Part shown: in pieces, positions 36,282 to 50,838 of the stretch
Numbering within the stretch: position 1 is the first letter of the stretch
Layout of the letters: every line of letters starts with the position of its first letter
NCBI GenBank assembly: GCA_964590265.1
Contig: CAZPVY010000001.1
Location: 1-53,962 of the forward strand
Origin: an uncultured Aquifex sp.
GTDB lineage: Bacteria; Aquificota; Aquificia; Aquificales; Aquificaceae
Length of the DNA stretch: 53,962 bases
Direction of reading: 5' to 3'
Position numbers and translations under genes: made by a program
The notes under the pieces: model-generated
Told to the model about the DNA's origin: nothing
Seen by the model: only the letters and a program-made list of their open reading frames with translations
Database searches by the model: none

Positions 36282-36988
36282 GACTGTGCTCCTACCTGCT
36301 GAATCTTTTCAACGAGAGGCTTCAATCTGTTCTGTTTGAGCTGCTGCTTTTTCCTGCTGAGTATTCTCGTGTGCTCCACAAAAACAAGCCCTTTATTCGG
36401 TCCCGGAACGGAACCCTTAACGAGCAGGAGTCCCTCTTCGGGTACAATGTCAACAATAAGAAGGGACTGAACCCTTACCTTCTCAGCACCGTAATGTCCA
36501 GCCATCTTCTTACCTTTCCAGACCCTACCCGGATCCGTCCTGTTACCTATCGCACCGACCGCCCTGTGATACCTGTGTCCGTGAGATCTCGGGAATCCTG
36601 AAAAGTCCCATCTCTTCATGGTACCTGCAAAACCTCTTCCTTTTGAGGTTCCGACCACGTCAACAAGATCTCCAGGCTTAAAGATTTCCTCAATCTTTAG
36701 CTCCTGACCTTCTTGATAGTCCTGAGGATTATCAACCTTAAACTCCTTCAGATACCTGAGGAGTTTTACATTGTGCTTTTTAAAATGCCCTATAAGAGGC
36801 TTTGTAAGATGCTTTTCCTTAGCGTCTATCGCTCCGACCTGAACGGCAGAGTAACCGTCTTTTTCAGGGGTCTTTACCTGAACAATGTAGTTGGGAGGAA
36901 TTTGCACAACGGTAACGGGAATCGCAGTTCCGTCCTGAGCGAACACCCTTGTCATTCCAACTTTTCTTCCTATAACGCCTATCGCCAT
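36278..36988 (-). CDS. rplC: 50S ribosomal protein L3
   Basis: [32 protein letters not shown]. Confidence 0.98.
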   Translation of the reverse strand: MAIGVIGRKVGMTRVFAQDGTAIPVTVVQIPPNYIVQVKTPEKDGYSAVQVGAIDAKEKHLTKPLIGHFKKHNVKLLRYLKEFKVDNPQDYQEGQELKIEEIFKPGDLVDVVGTSKGRGFAGTMKRWDFSGFPRSHGHRYHRAVGAIGNRTDPGRVWKGKKMAGHYGAEKVRVQSLLIVDIVPEEGLLLVKGSVPGPNKGLVFVEHTRILSRKKQQLKQNRLKPLVEKIQQVGAQS

Positions 36989-36992
36989 CTCA

Positions 36993-37307
36993 TCAACCTC
37001 TCATCTTCACCTCAACGTCAACACCTGCGGGAAGATTTATCTCCATGAGAGCCTCTATCGTCTGGGGAGTTACCCTCGTTATATCAAGGATTCTCGCATG
37101 CTCCCTTATCTCAAAGTGTTCCCTTGACTGTTCAAACTTGTGAGGAGATCTGAGAACACACCACTTCCTGATTCTGGTAGGCATCGGGATCGGTCCTCTG
37201 ACCACTCCTCCGGTCCTCTTAACCGTATCTATGATCTTCTTCACAGACTCATCTAAAAGCTTATGATCGTAAGCCCTAAGCCTTATCCGTATCTTATCCT
37301 GCTCCAT
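36993..37307 (-). CDS. rpsJ: 30S ribosomal protein S10
   Basis: [20 protein letters not shown]...SRE.FE. Confidence 0.98.
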   Translation of the reverse strand: MEQDKIRIRLRAYDHKLLDESVKKIIDTVKRTGGVVRGPIPMPTRIRKWCVLRSPHKFEQSREHFEIREHARILDITRVTPQTIEALMEINLPAGVDVEVKMRG

Positions 37308-37320
37308 AATCCGTTACTCC

Positions 37321-38538
<1,218 letters not shown>

Positions 38539-38554
38539 CTATACCAACCTCCTA

Positions 38555-40654
38555 TCAGGCACTTTTTCCTGCCATGCGTTCCCCGATAATCTTTTCAGCG
38601 ATATGCTGAGGAACTTCTTCGTAATGGGAAAATTTCATTATAAATGTTCCCCTTCCTTGTGTCAAGCTCCTCAGCGTTGTTGCATAACCGAACATCTCGG
38701 CAAGGGGAACGTGGGCTTTTATAACTGTAATCACACCTTTGTTCTCCATACCCATTATCTTTCCGCGCCTTGAGTTAAGATCTCCGATCACATCTCCCAC
38801 GTAATCTTCAGGAGTTTCAACCTCAACTTCCATGATGGGCTCAAGGAGAACAGGGTCAGCCTTCTTCGCTGCATCCTTGAAAGCCATTGAACCTGCAATC
38901 TGGAAGGCTATTTCTGAAGAATCAACCTCGTGGTAAGAGCCATCGTAAAGTCTTACCTTCACATCAACTACGGGATAACCTGCGAGGATACCTCCTTCCA
39001 TAGCTTCCTTTATTCCCTTTTCAACTGCAGGTATGAACTCCTTGGGAATGACACCACCGACTATGTCATTTATGAACTCAAAGCCTTTACCCCTTTCAAG
39101 AGGTTCTATCTCAATGATTGCGTGACCGTACTGACCTCTACCACCAGTCTGTCTGATGAACTTACCCTCACCTGTTGCCTTCTTGCGGATGGTCTCTTTG
39201 TAAGCAACTTGCGGCTTTCCAACATTTACCTCTATGTTGTACTCTCTCTTCATACGATCAACCATAATCTCAAGGTGGAGTTCACCCATTCCATGTATAA
39301 GGGTCTGACCTGTCTCAGGATCGGCGGTAGCTTTGAAAGTAGGATCTTCCTTCATGAACTTATTCAGAACTTGAGATAGTTTTTCTTGATCCTTCTTGGT
39401 CTTGGGCTCTATAGCCATTGAGATAACAGGATCAGGGAACTCAAGCTTTTCAAGGATTATTGGATGTTTCTCATCGGCAAGGGTATCTCCCGTTGCCGCG
39501 TCAAGTCCAACAACAGCACATATTTCTCCCGCAGACACGTCCTGTATCTCTTCCCTTGTATTCGCATGCATAAGTAGGAGCCTTCCTACCCTCTGCTTTT
39601 CTCCTCTGGTTACATTCAGAACGTATGACCCAGCCTTTAGAGTTCCAGAGAATACCCTTATGTATGTGAGCTGACCCGCGTAAGGATCGGACATGACTTT
39701 AAAGGCATAGGCACAGAAAGGTTCTTCATCAAGGGGTTTCCTCTCTTCTGTCTCACCTGTATTTGGATTGATTCCCTTGATGGGGGGAAGGTCTATCGGT
39801 GAAGGGAGGTAGTCTATAACCGCATCAAGGAGGGGCTGAACTCCCTTGTTTTTAAATGCAGAACCGCAAAGGACAGGAACAAGCTGCCTATCTATGGTAG
39901 CCTTTCTCAGAGCTTTTCTGAGTTCTTCGGTGCTTATCTCCTGACCTTCAAGGTACTTCTCCATAAGCTCATCGTCCGTTTCAACTATAGTCTCTACCAT
40001 CTTCTCCCGCCACTCTTGAGCCTTATCCATGTATTCAGAAGGAATATCCTTTATCTCGTATTTAGCACCGAGGGTCTCTTCAAGCCAGATGATAGCTTTC
40101 ATTTCCAAAAGATCTAAAACACCCTCAAACTGATCCTCAGCACCTATGGGGATCTGGATCGCAACAGGCTTTATGGTTAACTTCTCCTCTATCTCTTTAA
40201 AGACCCTGTAAAAGTCCGCTCCCAGCCTGTCCATCTTGTTGATGAAGGCTATTCTGGGAACGTGGAACCTGTCAGCCCACCTCCAGTTAGCCTCCGATTG
40301 GGGCTGGACACCCTCAACGGCGGAGAAGATGAAGACTATACCGTCCAAAACTTTCATGGAACGGACGACTTCAACAGAGAAGTCAACGTGTCCCGGTGTA
40401 TCAATTATGTTTATCTGATACTTCTGTCCATTCCTCTCCCAGTAACAGGCGGTCGTAGCGGCGGTGATCGTTATACCCCTCTCCTTCTCCTGTTCCATCC
40501 AGTCCATCGTAGCCGCGCCTTCGTGAACCTCACCTATCTTGTAAGTTCTCCCTGTATAATAGAGAATCCTCTCTGTTGTAGTAGTTTTGCCCGCATCAAT
40601 GTGCGCGACTATACCTATGTTCCTAAGCTTCTCTATCGGAACCGCCCTTGCCAT
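38555..40654 (-). CDS. fusA: Elongation factor G
   Basis: [30 protein letters not shown]. Confidence 0.99.
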   Translation of the reverse strand: MARAVPIEKLRNIGIVAHIDAGKTTTTERILYYTGRTYKIGEVHEGAATMDWMEQEKERGITITAATTACYWERNGQKYQINIIDTPGHVDFSVEVVRSMKVLDGIVFIFSAVEGVQPQSEANWRWADRFHVPRIAFINKMDRLGADFYRVFKEIEEKLTIKPVAIQIPIGAEDQFEGVLDLLEMKAIIWLEETLGAKYEIKDIPSEYMDKAQEWREKMVETIVETDDELMEKYLEGQEISTEELRKALRKATIDRQLVPVLCGSAFKNKGVQPLLDAVIDYLPSPIDLPPIKGINPNTGETEERKPLDEEPFCAYAFKVMSDPYAGQLTYIRVFSGTLKAGSYVLNVTRGEKQRVGRLLLMHANTREEIQDVSAGEICAVVGLDAATGDTLADEKHPIILEKLEFPDPVISMAIEPKTKKDQEKLSQVLNKFMKEDPTFKATADPETGQTLIHGMGELHLEIMVDRMKREYNIEVNVGKPQVAYKETIRKKATGEGKFIRQTGGRGQYGHAIIEIEPLERGKGFEFINDIVGGVIPKEFIPAVEKGIKEAMEGGILAGYPVVDVKVRLYDGSYHEVDSSEIAFQIAGSMAFKDAAKKADPVLLEPIMEVEVETPEDYVGDVIGDLNSRRGKIMGMENKGVITVIKAHVPLAEMFGYATTLRSLTQGRGTFIMKFSHYEEVPQHIAEKIIGERMAGKSA

Positions 40655-40666
40655 CTCATTACCTCC

Positions 40667-41149
40667 TTACCATCTGAAATGGGAGAACACCATGTTAGCC
40701 TGTGCCATCTTGTGGGTGTCCTCTTTCTTCTTAATAGCTCCGCCCTTACCATCAAGAGCATCAAGAAGTTCAGCCTTGAGCCTCTCAACCATCGTATAGG
40801 CACCCCTATGCCTCGGTCTGGTTCTTGCTGCTTCAACAAGCCACCTTATCGCGAGGCTTATCTGTCTTCTTTCAGGAACCTCTATGGGAACTTGATAAGT
40901 AGCTCCGCCTACTCTTCTCGGTCTCACTTCCCACTGGGGTTTGAGGTTTTCTATCACTTTGTGAATAAGTTCAACAGGAGTCATACCTCTCTCTTGGGCA
41001 GCCGACTCAAGGGCTGTATAGACTATCCATTCCGCAACACTCTTTTTGCCATCTTTCATCACTTTGTTTATGAGTTTCTGTACTAAAACATCACCGTATT
41101 TGGGATCTGGTGGAATTTCCCTTGGAGTAACGGGTCCTTTCCTGGGCAT
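40667..41149 (-). CDS. rpsG: 30S ribosomal protein S7
   Basis: [28 protein letters not shown]. Confidence 0.98.
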   Translation of the reverse strand: MPRKGPVTPREIPPDPKYGDVLVQKLINKVMKDGKKSVAEWIVYTALESAAQERGMTPVELIHKVIENLKPQWEVRPRRVGGATYQVPIEVPERRQISLAIRWLVEAARTRPRHRGAYTMVERLKAELLDALDGKGGAIKKKEDTHKMAQANMVFSHFRW

Positions 41150-41152
41150 ACC

Positions 41153-41539
41153 TTAACCTCCCTTCTCTTCCTTGGGTCTCTTTGCTCCGTACTTGGAGCG
41201 GGACTGACGTCTGCCCTGAACACCAGCGGCGTCAAGGGCTCCTCTTATCACCTTGTATCTTACACCGGGAAGATCCTTAACTCTTCCGCCTCTCACAAGA
41301 ACGATTGAGTGCTCCTGAAGGTTGTGCCCCTCACCCGGTATGTAAGCTGTCACCTCTATTCCGTTTGATAGTCTAACCCTTGTAACCTTCCTGAGGGCAG
41401 AGTTCGGCTTCTTGGGAGTCACAGTGTAGACTCTTACGCAGACTCCCCTCTTTTGAGGGTTGCCCTCAAGGGCTGGTGCCTTTGACTTCCTCTTCTTCTT
41501 CTCTCTGCCATGCTTGATAAGCTGATTAATCGTCGGCAT
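41153..41539 (-). CDS. rpsL: 30S ribosomal protein S12
   Basis: [27 protein letters not shown]. Confidence 0.99.
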   Translation of the reverse strand: MPTINQLIKHGREKKKRKSKAPALEGNPQKRGVCVRVYTVTPKKPNSALRKVTRVRLSNGIEVTAYIPGEGHNLQEHSIVLVRGGRVKDLPGVRYKVIRGALDAAGVQGRRQSRSKYGAKRPKEEKGG

Positions 41540-41571
41540 ACTCTTCTCCTCCTAAAAACACGCAATCAACT

Positions 41572-41600
41572 ATTATAGCTCACTCCTCTTCTTCCTTCAA
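41572..41600 (-). promoter_or_regulatory. Internal sigma-70 promoter for rpsL with its -35 inside rpoC
   Basis: TTGAAG (41600-41595)-N17-TATAAT (41577-41572). Confidence 0.65.
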
Positions 41601-44600
41601 TTCCTCTTCTTTGAAGAGGAGCTTCTGCCCTTCTTCAACAATGTCAACCCTTGAGTATTCGTCAACGCCAGTTCCGGCAGGAATGAGGTTTCCGATAATT
41701 ACGTTTTCTTTGAGTCCGTATAGCTCATCAATCTTTCCTTCACAGGCAGCCTCAGTAAGAACCTTCGTGGTCTCTTGGAAGGATGCAGCTGAAATCCAGC
41801 TCCTCGTTGAGAGAGACGCTTTCGTGATACCGACAAGAACGGGCTCAGCCTTAGGTAGCTTTCCGCCCTCTTCCTTAATTCTTTGAATTTCTTCCTCAAG
41901 CTCCTCCTTGTCAACCTCCTCGTTCACGAGGAACCGGCTGTCTCCGGGATCAACGATCCTCCTCTTTCTGAGCATCTGCTTGATGATGATCTCAAAGTGT
42001 TTGTCGTTTATATCAACTCCCTGAAGTTTGTAAACCATCTGAACCTCTTTCAGAAGGAACTTCTGAAGCTCCTCAACTCCCTTTATCTTGAGCATTTCTT
42101 GAGGTATTGGTGTTCCGTCGGTAAGGGGCTCACCCGCCTTTACCTCATCACCGTCCTTGACGAGCAGGTGTTTTCCTTTCGGAACGAGATACTCTTTCTC
42201 AAGTCCAGTCTCTCTGTTATAAACGATTACCCTGAAACCTCTGCTACCCTTCATCCTCACCTGACCGTCTATATCGGATGTTATGCTCTCCGTTATCTGC
42301 TGTCCCTTCTTTATGAACTGACCATGCCTGACGAGTATACGATCATCTCTCTTAACAGAATACTTTCTCGTCTCACCGCTCATAGCGTTGTAGACAATGA
42401 CCTCATCCGCATCCTCGTATATCTTCACGTATCCATTAATCTCCGAGATGATTGCAGGATTCTTGGGTTTCCTTGCCTCAAAGAGCTCTTCAACTCTCGG
42501 GAGACCTCCGACTATATCCCTGACTTTTGCCATTTCCTTAGGAATTCTGGCAAGGACATCTCCGGGTTTCACTTTAAGATCCTTGACCACATAGTACCTG
42601 TGCTGAACCTGTGTCTCTTCAGCCTCGGAACAAGTTGGACATACGTTCCACTCAAGCTTCATCTTTTCAGAAGGAATGTTCAGGATTGAGTTAACAGGAA
42701 GGTCGTAAGTCAGCTCTCTGCCGTCCTTGGTTACGACGACAACCCTTGGGGTATGGAGCATAGCGTCCTTGGGTCTCATGAAGGAAATGACAGTTGCAGT
42801 CTTACCTGTCAGGGCATCTCTCTCTTCTCTTACGGTTACATCAAGGATTATATCCCTGAGTTCAACCGTTCCTTCTTCCTCAGCGATGATGTAAGTGTTG
42901 AATGGATCCCATTCTGCAAGGGATATTCCTTCCTTGACTTCCTGATCCTCTTTTACGAGGATCTTTGCACCGTAAGGAACAGCGTGTCTCTCAACTACCC
43001 TTCCTTCTTCATCAACTATACCTATCGCTCCTTCCCTTGATATGTTTATGAAATCTCCCGCTCTGTTCTTTATCAACTTGAGATTGTAGAACTTCACCTT
43101 TCCAGCGGTCTCTGTAATTAGGACGTTCTGAACTTTCTGAGCGGTTGCCGCACCTCCGATGTGGAAGGTTCTCATCGTGAGCTGAGTTCCCGGCTCACCT
43201 ATGGACTGAGCAGCGATAACACCTACAGCTTCTCCGACGGATACGATCTTCCTCTGAGATAGATCCCATCCGTAGCACATTGCACAGACGCCACGCTTTG
43301 CTTCACAGGACAGAGGAGATCTAACTTTAACCTTCTCAACACCAGATCTTGCGATCTTTTCCGCAAGCTTCTCGTCTATAACCTCGTTTCTCCTTGCCAC
43401 GATCTCACCGGTGTAAGGATCTTTAACATCCTCAGCGAGAACTCTTCCGAATATTCTGTCTTTGAGAGGAACCTTTTCCTCACCACCCTCAACTATGGGT
43501 TCTATCTCTATTCCCTTAAGAGTTCCGCAGTCGTGCTCTGTGATCGTAATGTCCTGAGCTACATCAACGAGTCTCCTCGTGAGGTATCCAGCAAATGCAG
43601 TTTTGAGAGCGGTGTCAGCAAGACCTTTTCTTGCACCGTAGGTGGAGATGAAGTACTCAAGAACGGATAGACCCTCACGGAAGTTGGAAATTATGGGAGT
43701 TTCTATGAACTCTCCCGAGTGCTTTGCCATCAGACCTCTCATTCCCGCAAGCTGTCTTATCTGGTCCCTATTACCTCTTGCTCCGGAGATCGCCATCATG
43801 AAGATAGGATTGAACACTCCGGGATAGTTCTTTCCGTTTTCAATCCTCTCCGTTTTCTCTATCTCGTCAAACATAGCCTTTGAGACCTGATTCGTAGCCT
43901 CAGACCATATATCAATGATCTTGTTATACCTTTCCTTGTTTGTAATTATATTGTTAACGTACTGATTCCATATCTCGTCCGTTGTCTTCAGAGCCTCATC
44001 AATTATCTTCTTCTTGACCTTCGGAACCTGAAGATCCTCAACACCTATTGATATACCAGCCATCGTTGCTCTTACAAAGCCGAGCTCCTTCACTCTGTCA
44101 AGGAACTTGACCGTTTCCTCGTTACCGACCTGAATGTAAAGATCAGTTATCAGCTTAGAGAGCTTCTTCTTGTCAAGGGTGTAGTTAACGAATGGAACAC
44201 CTTCGGGCATTATAGAGTTGAAAAGAACCCTTCCGGGAGTGGTCTCTATAACCTTGCCATCAAGCTTTACCTTTATGGCAGCGTGTATGTCAACCTTTCC
44301 GAGATCAAGGGCTTTGAGAACCTCCTCTCTTGAAGAGAAGATCTTACCTTCTCCCTTCCTTCCAGGTATAGGATCCTGCGTCATATAGTAAGTTCCGAGT
44401 ATCATATCCTGAGAGGGCATCGTAAGAGGCTTACCGTGCGCAGGTGAGAGTATGTTCTGGGTAGAAAGCATCAGGATGTAAGACTCAAGCTGAGCCTCTA
44501 TACCGAGGGGAACGTGAACAGCCATCTGGTCGCCGTCAAAGTCTGCGTTGAAGGGTGGGCACACTAATGGGTGAAGTCTTATAGCCTTACCTTCCACGAG

Positions 44601-46307
44601 AACAGGTTCAAAAGCCTGTATTGAGGGTCTGTGAAGCGTGGGTGCTCTGTTCAGAAGGACAGGATGCTGTTTTACAACTTCCTCAAGGCACTCCCAGACC
44701 TCAGGTGCCCTCTGCTCAACGAGCTTCTTCGCATTTCTTATTGAAGTTGCGTACCCTTTCTCCTCAAGTCTCCTGTAAACAAAGGGCTTAAAGAGTTCAA
44801 GAGCCATTATCTTTGGGAGACCGCATTGATGCATCTGGAGTTCTGGACCTACGACGATAACGGAACGACCCGAGTAGTCAACCCTCTTTCCGAGGAGATT
44901 CTGCCTGAATCTTCCCTGCTTACCTTTGAGGTAGTCCGCAAGGGACTTGAGAGGTCTTCCGTTCTGAGTGACAACTCTTCCTCTCTTTCCGTTGTCTATC
45001 AGGGCGTCAACCGCCTCCTGAAGCATTCTCTTCTCGTTCCTGATAATTATTTCGGGAGCGTCAAGCTCTATCAGTCTCTTGAGACGGTTGTTCCTGTTAA
45101 TCAGTCTCCTGTAAAGGTCATTGAGATCTGAGGTAGCAAATCTTCCTCCGTCAAGGGCAACGAGGGGTCTGAGATCCGGAGGGAGTACGGGGATCACATC
45201 AAGGATCATCCACTCGGGCTTATTACCACTCTTTATGAATCCCTCAACGAGCTTCAGAATCCTGAGGTACTTCCTTACCTTCTGTTCGGAAACCTCCTTC
45301 AGAACCGTAGCTCTTATGTCTTCCTTTACCCTCTCAAATATGGGTATGTTCCTCTTCTCTCTTACATTCTCATAGTACGTCCTGAGGGCTTCCTTACCTG
45401 TGAGATATTCATCTCCCTTGTCCTCTTCGGAGACTTCTCCAGTTTCAACGTTAAGGTAGAGATCTTCGTTCAGTATCCTGTGGATAACTTGCTCAAGGGT
45501 AAGCCCTTTCTCCTCAAGGTTGGGGAAGTTCACACCGAAGGATCTGAAATCTTCGGCTATCGTCCTTATTATCTTTTCGTAGAGAGATTTATACTGGGTT
45601 TCTATGTTCTTTCCAAGATCCTCAAACCCTATACTGTAAGGCTTTATAAGCTCCCTTAGTTTCTTTGAGTACTCCTGCAGGTCAAGCTGGGAGAGGACGG
45701 TCTTTATTATCTCTGCTCCCATACCGTATTCATATTTCTCGTCTATCGTGAAGGAGTACTCCTCTTCAAACTCCGCCTCTGTGACTATGTGGAGCTTTAC
45801 CCACTTGGTCGTTGTGCCATCGTTTAGAGGTATGGTTTCTTCAAGCTTTGCAAACGCCTCCTCTTCCTCTTCGTTTGGATATTCAATTACAAGGTAGGAT
45901 TCAAAGTATATGACTCTCTCAACATCTCTTGACGTAAGGTTCAAAAGAGTTCCTATCTTTGAGGGTGTGCTTTTGAGGAACCATATATGGGCTACCGGAG
46001 CTGCAAGCTCTATATGACCGAACCTCTTTCTCCTTTCGTAGGAAAGGGTTACCTCCACACCGCATCTATCACAAACCGTTCCCTCGTATCTCTTCCCCCT
46101 GTACTTCCCACAGAGACATTCGTAGTCCTTTACAGGTCCGAATATCTTTGCACAGAATAGGCCATCCTTCTCAGGTTTTAAGGTTCTGTAGTTTAAAGTT
46201 TCCGGTCTTTTAACCTCCCCGTTAGACCAGCTCCTTATCTCCTCCGGAGAGGCAAGGAGAAGCTTGATCTTTTCAAAGGGGAAAAGTCCTCTTCTCTTCT
46301 GATTCAT
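41580..46307 (-). CDS. rpoC: RNA polymerase beta' subunit
   Basis: NADFDGD, N-terminal Zn finger, [13 protein letters not shown]; large lineage-specific insertions. Confidence 0.99.
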   Translation of the reverse strand: MNQKRRGLFPFEKIKLLLASPEEIRSWSNGEVKRPETLNYRTLKPEKDGLFCAKIFGPVKDYECLCGKYRGKRYEGTVCDRCGVEVTLSYERRKRFGHIELAAPVAHIWFLKSTPSKIGTLLNLTSRDVERVIYFESYLVIEYPNEEEEEAFAKLEETIPLNDGTTTKWVKLHIVTEAEFEEEYSFTIDEKYEYGMGAEIIKTVLSQLDLQEYSKKLRELIKPYSIGFEDLGKNIETQYKSLYEKIIRTIAEDFRSFGVNFPNLEEKGLTLEQVIHRILNEDLYLNVETGEVSEEDKGDEYLTGKEALRTYYENVREKRNIPIFERVKEDIRATVLKEVSEQKVRKYLRILKLVEGFIKSGNKPEWMILDVIPVLPPDLRPLVALDGGRFATSDLNDLYRRLINRNNRLKRLIELDAPEIIIRNEKRMLQEAVDALIDNGKRGRVVTQNGRPLKSLADYLKGKQGRFRQNLLGKRVDYSGRSVIVVGPELQMHQCGLPKIMALELFKPFVYRRLEEKGYATSIRNAKKLVEQRAPEVWECLEEVVKQHPVLLNRAPTLHRPSIQAFEPVLVEGKAIRLHPLVCPPFNADFDGDQMAVHVPLGIEAQLESYILMLSTQNILSPAHGKPLTMPSQDMILGTYYMTQDPIPGRKGEGKIFSSREEVLKALDLGKVDIHAAIKVKLDGKVIETTPGRVLFNSIMPEGVPFVNYTLDKKKLSKLITDLYIQVGNEETVKFLDRVKELGFVRATMAGISIGVEDLQVPKVKKKIIDEALKTTDEIWNQYVNNIITNKERYNKIIDIWSEATNQVSKAMFDEIEKTERIENGKNYPGVFNPIFMMAISGARGNRDQIRQLAGMRGLMAKHSGEFIETPIISNFREGLSVLEYFISTYGARKGLADTALKTAFAGYLTRRLVDVAQDITITEHDCGTLKGIEIEPIVEGGEEKVPLKDRIFGRVLAEDVKDPYTGEIVARRNEVIDEKLAEKIARSGVEKVKVRSPLSCEAKRGVCAMCYGWDLSQRKIVSVGEAVGVIAAQSIGEPGTQLTMRTFHIGGAATAQKVQNVLITETAGKVKFYNLKLIKNRAGDFINISREGAIGIVDEEGRVVERHAVPYGAKILVKEDQEVKEGISLAEWDPFNTYIIAEEEGTVELRDIILDVTVREERDALTGKTATVISFMRPKDAMLHTPRVVVVTKDGRELTYDLPVNSILNIPSEKMKLEWNVCPTCSEAEETQVQHRYYVVKDLKVKPGDVLARIPKEMAKVRDIVGGLPRVEELFEARKPKNPAIISEINGYVKIYEDADEVIVYNAMSGETRKYSVKRDDRILVRHGQFIKKGQQITESITSDIDGQVRMKGSRGFRVIVYNRETGLEKEYLVPKGKHLLVKDGDEVKAGEPLTDGTPIPQEMLKIKGVEELQKFLLKEVQMVYKLQGVDINDKHFEIIIKQMLRKRRIVDPGDSRFLVNEEVDKEELEEEIQRIKEEGGKLPKAEPVLVGITKASLSTRSWISAASFQETTKVLTEAACEGKIDELYGLKENVIIGNLIPAGTGVDEYSRVDIVEEGQKLLFKEEELKEEEE

Positions 46308-49300
46308 CTTTCTTCCTCCTCTTTCATTTCAACCCGATCACAGCCAACATCTTCACCATCCACACACCTGACATCAAGGCTGAGAGCCTTGAGCTCTCTT
46401 ACAAGAACCCTGAAGGATTCAGGTATGCCCGGTGAGTAGGTGTACTTACCCTTTACTATTGACTCATACACCTTACTCCTTCCTTCAATATCGTCCGATT
46501 TGACTGTAAGCATCTCCTGCAATGTGTAGGCAGCTCCATGAGCTTCAAGTGCCCAGACTTCCATCTCTCCAAGACGCTGTCCACCAAACTGCGCTCTTCC
46601 ACCGAGAGGTTGTTGTGTGACGAGAGAGTAGGGTCCTGTTGACCTTGCGTGAACCTTGTCATCAACCATGTGTATGAGCTTGAGCATGTGCATGTATCCG
46701 ACCGTAACCTCAAAGTCAAAGGGCTCTCCAGTCCTTCCATCGTAAAGGGTAGTCTTTCCGTTCTCGGGAAGTCCTGCACGTTTGAGGAGTTCCTTGATTG
46801 CGGATTCCTCAGCCCCTTCAAAGGCAGGGGTAGCCATTGGCACTCCGTTCTCCGCATAGTCCTTCATAAGTTCAAAGAACTCTTCATCTGACAGAGAGTT
46901 GAGAAACTCCTCTATGAATCTTGCGTTCTCACCGCTCGGATCTCCTATAGCATAAGTCTTCTTCATCCACTCGGTTAGCTTCTTTCTGTCAACACCTTTT
47001 GAGAGCATATCCCCTATCTTCTTGCCAAGACCTCTCGCAGCCCATCCGAGATGGGTCTCAAGTATCTGCCCCACGTTCATACGGGATGGAACACCGAGAG
47101 GGTTCAGAACTATGTCAACGGGAGTTCCGTCTGGTAGGAAGGGCATGTCTTCAACGGGAAGAACCACGGAGATAACACCCTTGTTTCCGTGCCTACCTGC
47201 CATCTTGTCACCAACCTTGATCTTCCTCTTTTGGGCGATGTAAACCTTCACGAGCGTTATAACTCCGGGAGGAAGGTCTCCCCTTCTGTAAATAGTCTTC
47301 TTCTTCTCCTCATATATCTTATTGAGCATCTGTATCTGGCTCTTTGCCCTGTTTACGACCTCCGTTATCTGCTCTATGAGCTTCTTCTCCTTGAAGAAGT
47401 TATCTGGCTTGGAGATGATAAAGTTCATAAAGGAGCTCAGGAACTTCTCGTCTATCTCAGTTCCGGCTTTGTAGGTCTTCTTCCTGAGAGTAACATCCTT
47501 CTCCAGCTTTTTCCCAAGAACAAGTCCTCTGAGAACTTTGTTCCTCCCTTCAACTATCAGATTCTTCCTCTTCTCAAGCTCCTCTTTGAGCTTTTCCATT
47601 TCCTCTCTTTCAACTGTATCAACAAGCATGCTCTTCCTTTCGCCCGTCCTCCTTGTGAATATCTGAACATCTATAACTACACCCTCAACACCGGGTGGAC
47701 ATCTGAGGGAGGAGTCCTTAACATCCTTTGACTTCTCACCAAAGATTGCCTGGAGGAGCTTTTCTTCGGGGGTGAGCTGGGTTTCTCCTTTCGGTGTAAC
47801 CTTTCCAACGAGGATATCTCCGGGCTTAACGTAGGTTCCTATCTTCACTATTCCAAGTTCGTCAAGGTGGGCAAGAGCCTTCTCGGGAACTCCAGGAATC
47901 TGCCTCGTGATCTCCTCCTCTCCAAGCTTTGTCTCTCTCGCCTCTACTTCAAGCTCCTCTATGTGTATTGAGGTGTAAACATCCTCTTTAACGAGTCTCT
48001 CCGAAATGACGATCGCATCCTCAAAGTTGTAACCTCTCCAAGGCATGAAGGCAACGAGGACATCCTTACCAAGAGCAAGCTCTCCTCTGTAGGTAGACTG
48101 TCCGTCTGCTATCACATCTCCTTTCTTAATCTTCTGACCCTTCTTCACAAGAGGTCTCTGATTAACGCAGGTGTTCTGGTTCGTCCTGTGGAACTTCTTG
48201 AGCTCATAGATGTCTATTCCGAAGTCAAGGGGATCCGAGGGATCTATCTCTTCAGGATTAACCCTTACCACTATTCTTCCGCTATCAACCTCCTCAACAA
48301 CACCTCCTCTCTTCGCGATCACCACCGAGTGGGAGTCTCTGGCAACCTTTTTCTCCATACCTGTTCCTATAAGAGGAGCCTGCGTGAAGATGAGAGGCAC
48401 AGCCTGTCTCTGCATGTTTGATCCCATGAGAGCCCTGTTCGCATCGTCGTGCTCAAGGAATGGGATCAGTGAAGAGGAGACAGATATCACCTGTCTGGGG
48501 GAGACATCTATATAGTTCACCTGCTCAGGTTTAACTATTCTTATGTCGTTCTTGTGTCTTGCAAGAACCCTCTCCTCAAGGATCTTTCCGTTCTCATCTG
48601 TAGGTGTGCTCTGAGCTATGACATAGTCTTCTTCCTCATAAGCTGCCAGATACTCTATCTTGTTCGTAACAACTCCGTTTTCAACCTTTCTATAAGGTGT
48701 TATCAGAAAGCCGTACTCGTTCACCTGAGCGTAAACGGTCATGGAAGTGACTAATCCTATGTTCTGTCCTTCAGGGGTCTCTATCGGACATATCCTTCCA
48801 TAGTGAGAGGGGTGAACGTCTCTAATCTCAAATTTTGCGCTCTCCCTCGTAAGTCCGCCTGGACCAAGTGCGGACAGCCTCCTTTTATGAGTAAGAGCAG
48901 AGAGAGGATTGGTGTTGTCAAGATACTGGGATAGCTGTCCACCTTTGAGAAACTCAACTATAGAATTCGTTACATATCTCGGATTTATGAGATCCTGAGG
49001 TCTTATGTTCGGATCCTCGGGATTTATAACCGCTATCCTGTCCCTGAAGACCTTTTCCATCTTCGCAATACCGGTTCTGACCTGGTTCTCAAGAAGTTCA
49101 CCAACAGACCTTACCCTCCTGTTTCCAAGGTGAGCTATGTCATCCTTCCTTTCACGTCTGAACCTGAGGTCTATAAGGTACTTAAGTATGTTTATAAGGT
49201 CTATTGGAAGTATGAACCTTGCTTCATCCTCGGTGTAGTCCTTTACCTTAACTTCCTTTACCTTCTCGTCTTTAAAAATCTCCTTCAGAACTTCTTTCGT

Positions 49301-50710
49301 TAACCTTGTTCCCTCTTCATACTTTCCTACCTTCTCCGCAAGAGCAAGGGGAGGAAGCCTATCAAGGAGATCCACATCCGCAGGCTTCAGAGTTTTCGGG
49401 AACTTGTGAACCTTTGCATTTATCTTGACTCTTCCAACTTTGGAGAGATCATATCTCGTTATGTGATTGAAGAAGACCTCAAAGTAGGAGCGAGCCCTCT
49501 CAATGAGGTTCTCTATCTCCATAGTCATGGTCTCAACGAGCCTGAGCTTCTTGTATATCTCCATGTATCCGTAGTCTCTGAGCGTGAACTCGGAAGGAAC
49601 CTTCACCATGCTCATCTTGTCGGGCTCTCTCGGTGAGGTTTCATTTGCAAGCGTATCAACAACTATCTTTGAGTAAGGGCTCTTGACCGCATTTTCGTTG
49701 GGAAGTATGGTTACAGCCTCTACCTTTATCCTCTCATCCTTGAGGAGAAGCTCAAGCCCTTCCCAACTATCTATAAATCTCTCCTCTATGAACTCCTTCT
49801 CTTTATCAGAGTCCTCAAGCTTAGCCCTGTATCTTAGGATAGTGAATATGTAGTGGTGCTCTAAATCTTCAGGTCTGTACTCTTCTCCTGTTTCAGAGTC
49901 ATAAAGAACTCCGTCCCTGACCACAAGTTTTCTGACACCTTCGTAAAAGTTGCTGAGTATCTCGTAAGCGGTTTCAAAACCCCATGCTCTGAGAATGGCG
50001 ATACCGCTTATCTTCTTCCTATCAACCCTTGCAGAGAAGAGGTCCGTGGTACCAGAAAGTTCAAACTCTATTCTTGAACCCTTGTCGGGGATTATGCTCG
50101 CTCTGTATATAATCCTCGTAATCGTTGCATCTTTCTGCTTCTCTTCTTTCTCTTCAAAGAAGACTCCTGTTGATCTTATCAGCTGGTTTACGATGACCCT
50201 CTCGCTACCATTTATGATGAAGGATCCCCATTCGGTCATAAGGGGGATCTCACCGAAGTAAACCTTCTTGGGCGGTGTTTCTCTCTCCCCCTGCTTTGTT
50301 TTCACCTTCAGCTTGAACATGACCCTCAGAGGTGCAGAGTAGGTGAGCCCCTTTATCTTGCACTCATCGGGTGTGTATTTCTCTTTGTAAACGAGCTTTC
50401 CTCCACACTTAGGACACTCAACTCCCCAGCCTCCAAGAAAGTCCGATTCAGGCTTATAGCCGCAAGCATTACACTCCCAGTCTCCTATCTCATATCCCAG
50501 ATACTCCATGAATATGTTTCCATCTGGGTCAACAAAAGGAAACGATGTCCGGAATATATACTCAAGACCGGTGTTCTCTCTCTCATGGGGCGCTTTCTTA
50601 AGCTGAACAAAGCTTTCAAAAGAACTTTTTGGTACACTTAATAGGTAGGGAGGCTCTAATATTTCTTCTCTCCTCCCGAAGAACTTTCTTGGAAGAGCAA
50701 CATTTCTCAT
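46304..50710 (-). CDS. rpoB: RNA polymerase beta subunit
   Basis: [44 protein letters not shown]; ATG 50710 follows GGGGTGG (GTG 50719 is an alternative). Confidence 0.99.
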   Translation of the reverse strand: MRNVALPRKFFGRREEILEPPYLLSVPKSSFESFVQLKKAPHERENTGLEYIFRTSFPFVDPDGNIFMEYLGYEIGDWECNACGYKPESDFLGGWGVECPKCGGKLVYKEKYTPDECKIKGLTYSAPLRVMFKLKVKTKQGERETPPKKVYFGEIPLMTEWGSFIINGSERVIVNQLIRSTGVFFEEKEEKQKDATITRIIYRASIIPDKGSRIEFELSGTTDLFSARVDRKKISGIAILRAWGFETAYEILSNFYEGVRKLVVRDGVLYDSETGEEYRPEDLEHHYIFTILRYRAKLEDSDKEKEFIEERFIDSWEGLELLLKDERIKVEAVTILPNENAVKSPYSKIVVDTLANETSPREPDKMSMVKVPSEFTLRDYGYMEIYKKLRLVETMTMEIENLIERARSYFEVFFNHITRYDLSKVGRVKINAKVHKFPKTLKPADVDLLDRLPPLALAEKVGKYEEGTRLTKEVLKEIFKDEKVKEVKVKDYTEDEARFILPIDLINILKYLIDLRFRRERKDDIAHLGNRRVRSVGELLENQVRTGIAKMEKVFRDRIAVINPEDPNIRPQDLINPRYVTNSIVEFLKGGQLSQYLDNTNPLSALTHKRRLSALGPGGLTRESAKFEIRDVHPSHYGRICPIETPEGQNIGLVTSMTVYAQVNEYGFLITPYRKVENGVVTNKIEYLAAYEEEDYVIAQSTPTDENGKILEERVLARHKNDIRIVKPEQVNYIDVSPRQVISVSSSLIPFLEHDDANRALMGSNMQRQAVPLIFTQAPLIGTGMEKKVARDSHSVVIAKRGGVVEEVDSGRIVVRVNPEEIDPSDPLDFGIDIYELKKFHRTNQNTCVNQRPLVKKGQKIKKGDVIADGQSTYRGELALGKDVLVAFMPWRGYNFEDAIVISERLVKEDVYTSIHIEELEVEARETKLGEEEITRQIPGVPEKALAHLDELGIVKIGTYVKPGDILVGKVTPKGETQLTPEEKLLQAIFGEKSKDVKDSSLRCPPGVEGVVIDVQIFTRRTGERKSMLVDTVEREEMEKLKEELEKRKNLIVEGRNKVLRGLVLGKKLEKDVTLRKKTYKAGTEIDEKFLSSFMNFIISKPDNFFKEKKLIEQITEVVNRAKSQIQMLNKIYEEKKKTIYRRGDLPPGVITLVKVYIAQKRKIKVGDKMAGRHGNKGVISVVLPVEDMPFLPDGTPVDIVLNPLGVPSRMNVGQILETHLGWAARGLGKKIGDMLSKGVDRKKLTEWMKKTYAIGDPSGENARFIEEFLNSLSDEEFFELMKDYAENGVPMATPAFEGAEESAIKELLKRAGLPENGKTTLYDGRTGEPFDFEVTVGYMHMLKLIHMVDDKVHARSTGPYSLVTQQPLGGRAQFGGQRLGEMEVWALEAHGAAYTLQEMLTVKSDDIEGRSKVYESIVKGKYTYSPGIPESFRVLVRELKALSLDVRCVDGEDVGCDRVEMKEEEER

Positions 50711-50765
50711 ACTTTCCACCCCTTACAGATTTACTGGTAAATTATTAATTATAACCCAGAAGAGT

Positions 50766-50803
50766 AAAAACGCAGAAAAGGGCATCCCTTTTGGGGACAC
50801 CCT
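50766..50803 (-). terminator. Terminator/attenuator between rplL and rpoB
   Basis: Minus strand AGGGTGTCCC-CAAAA-GGGATGCCCT (two G-U pairs) followed by TTTCTGCGTTTTT. Confidence 0.65.
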
Positions 50804-50838
50804 CTCCTCAGAAGCAAAAGTTTCAGCGTAATCCACTA

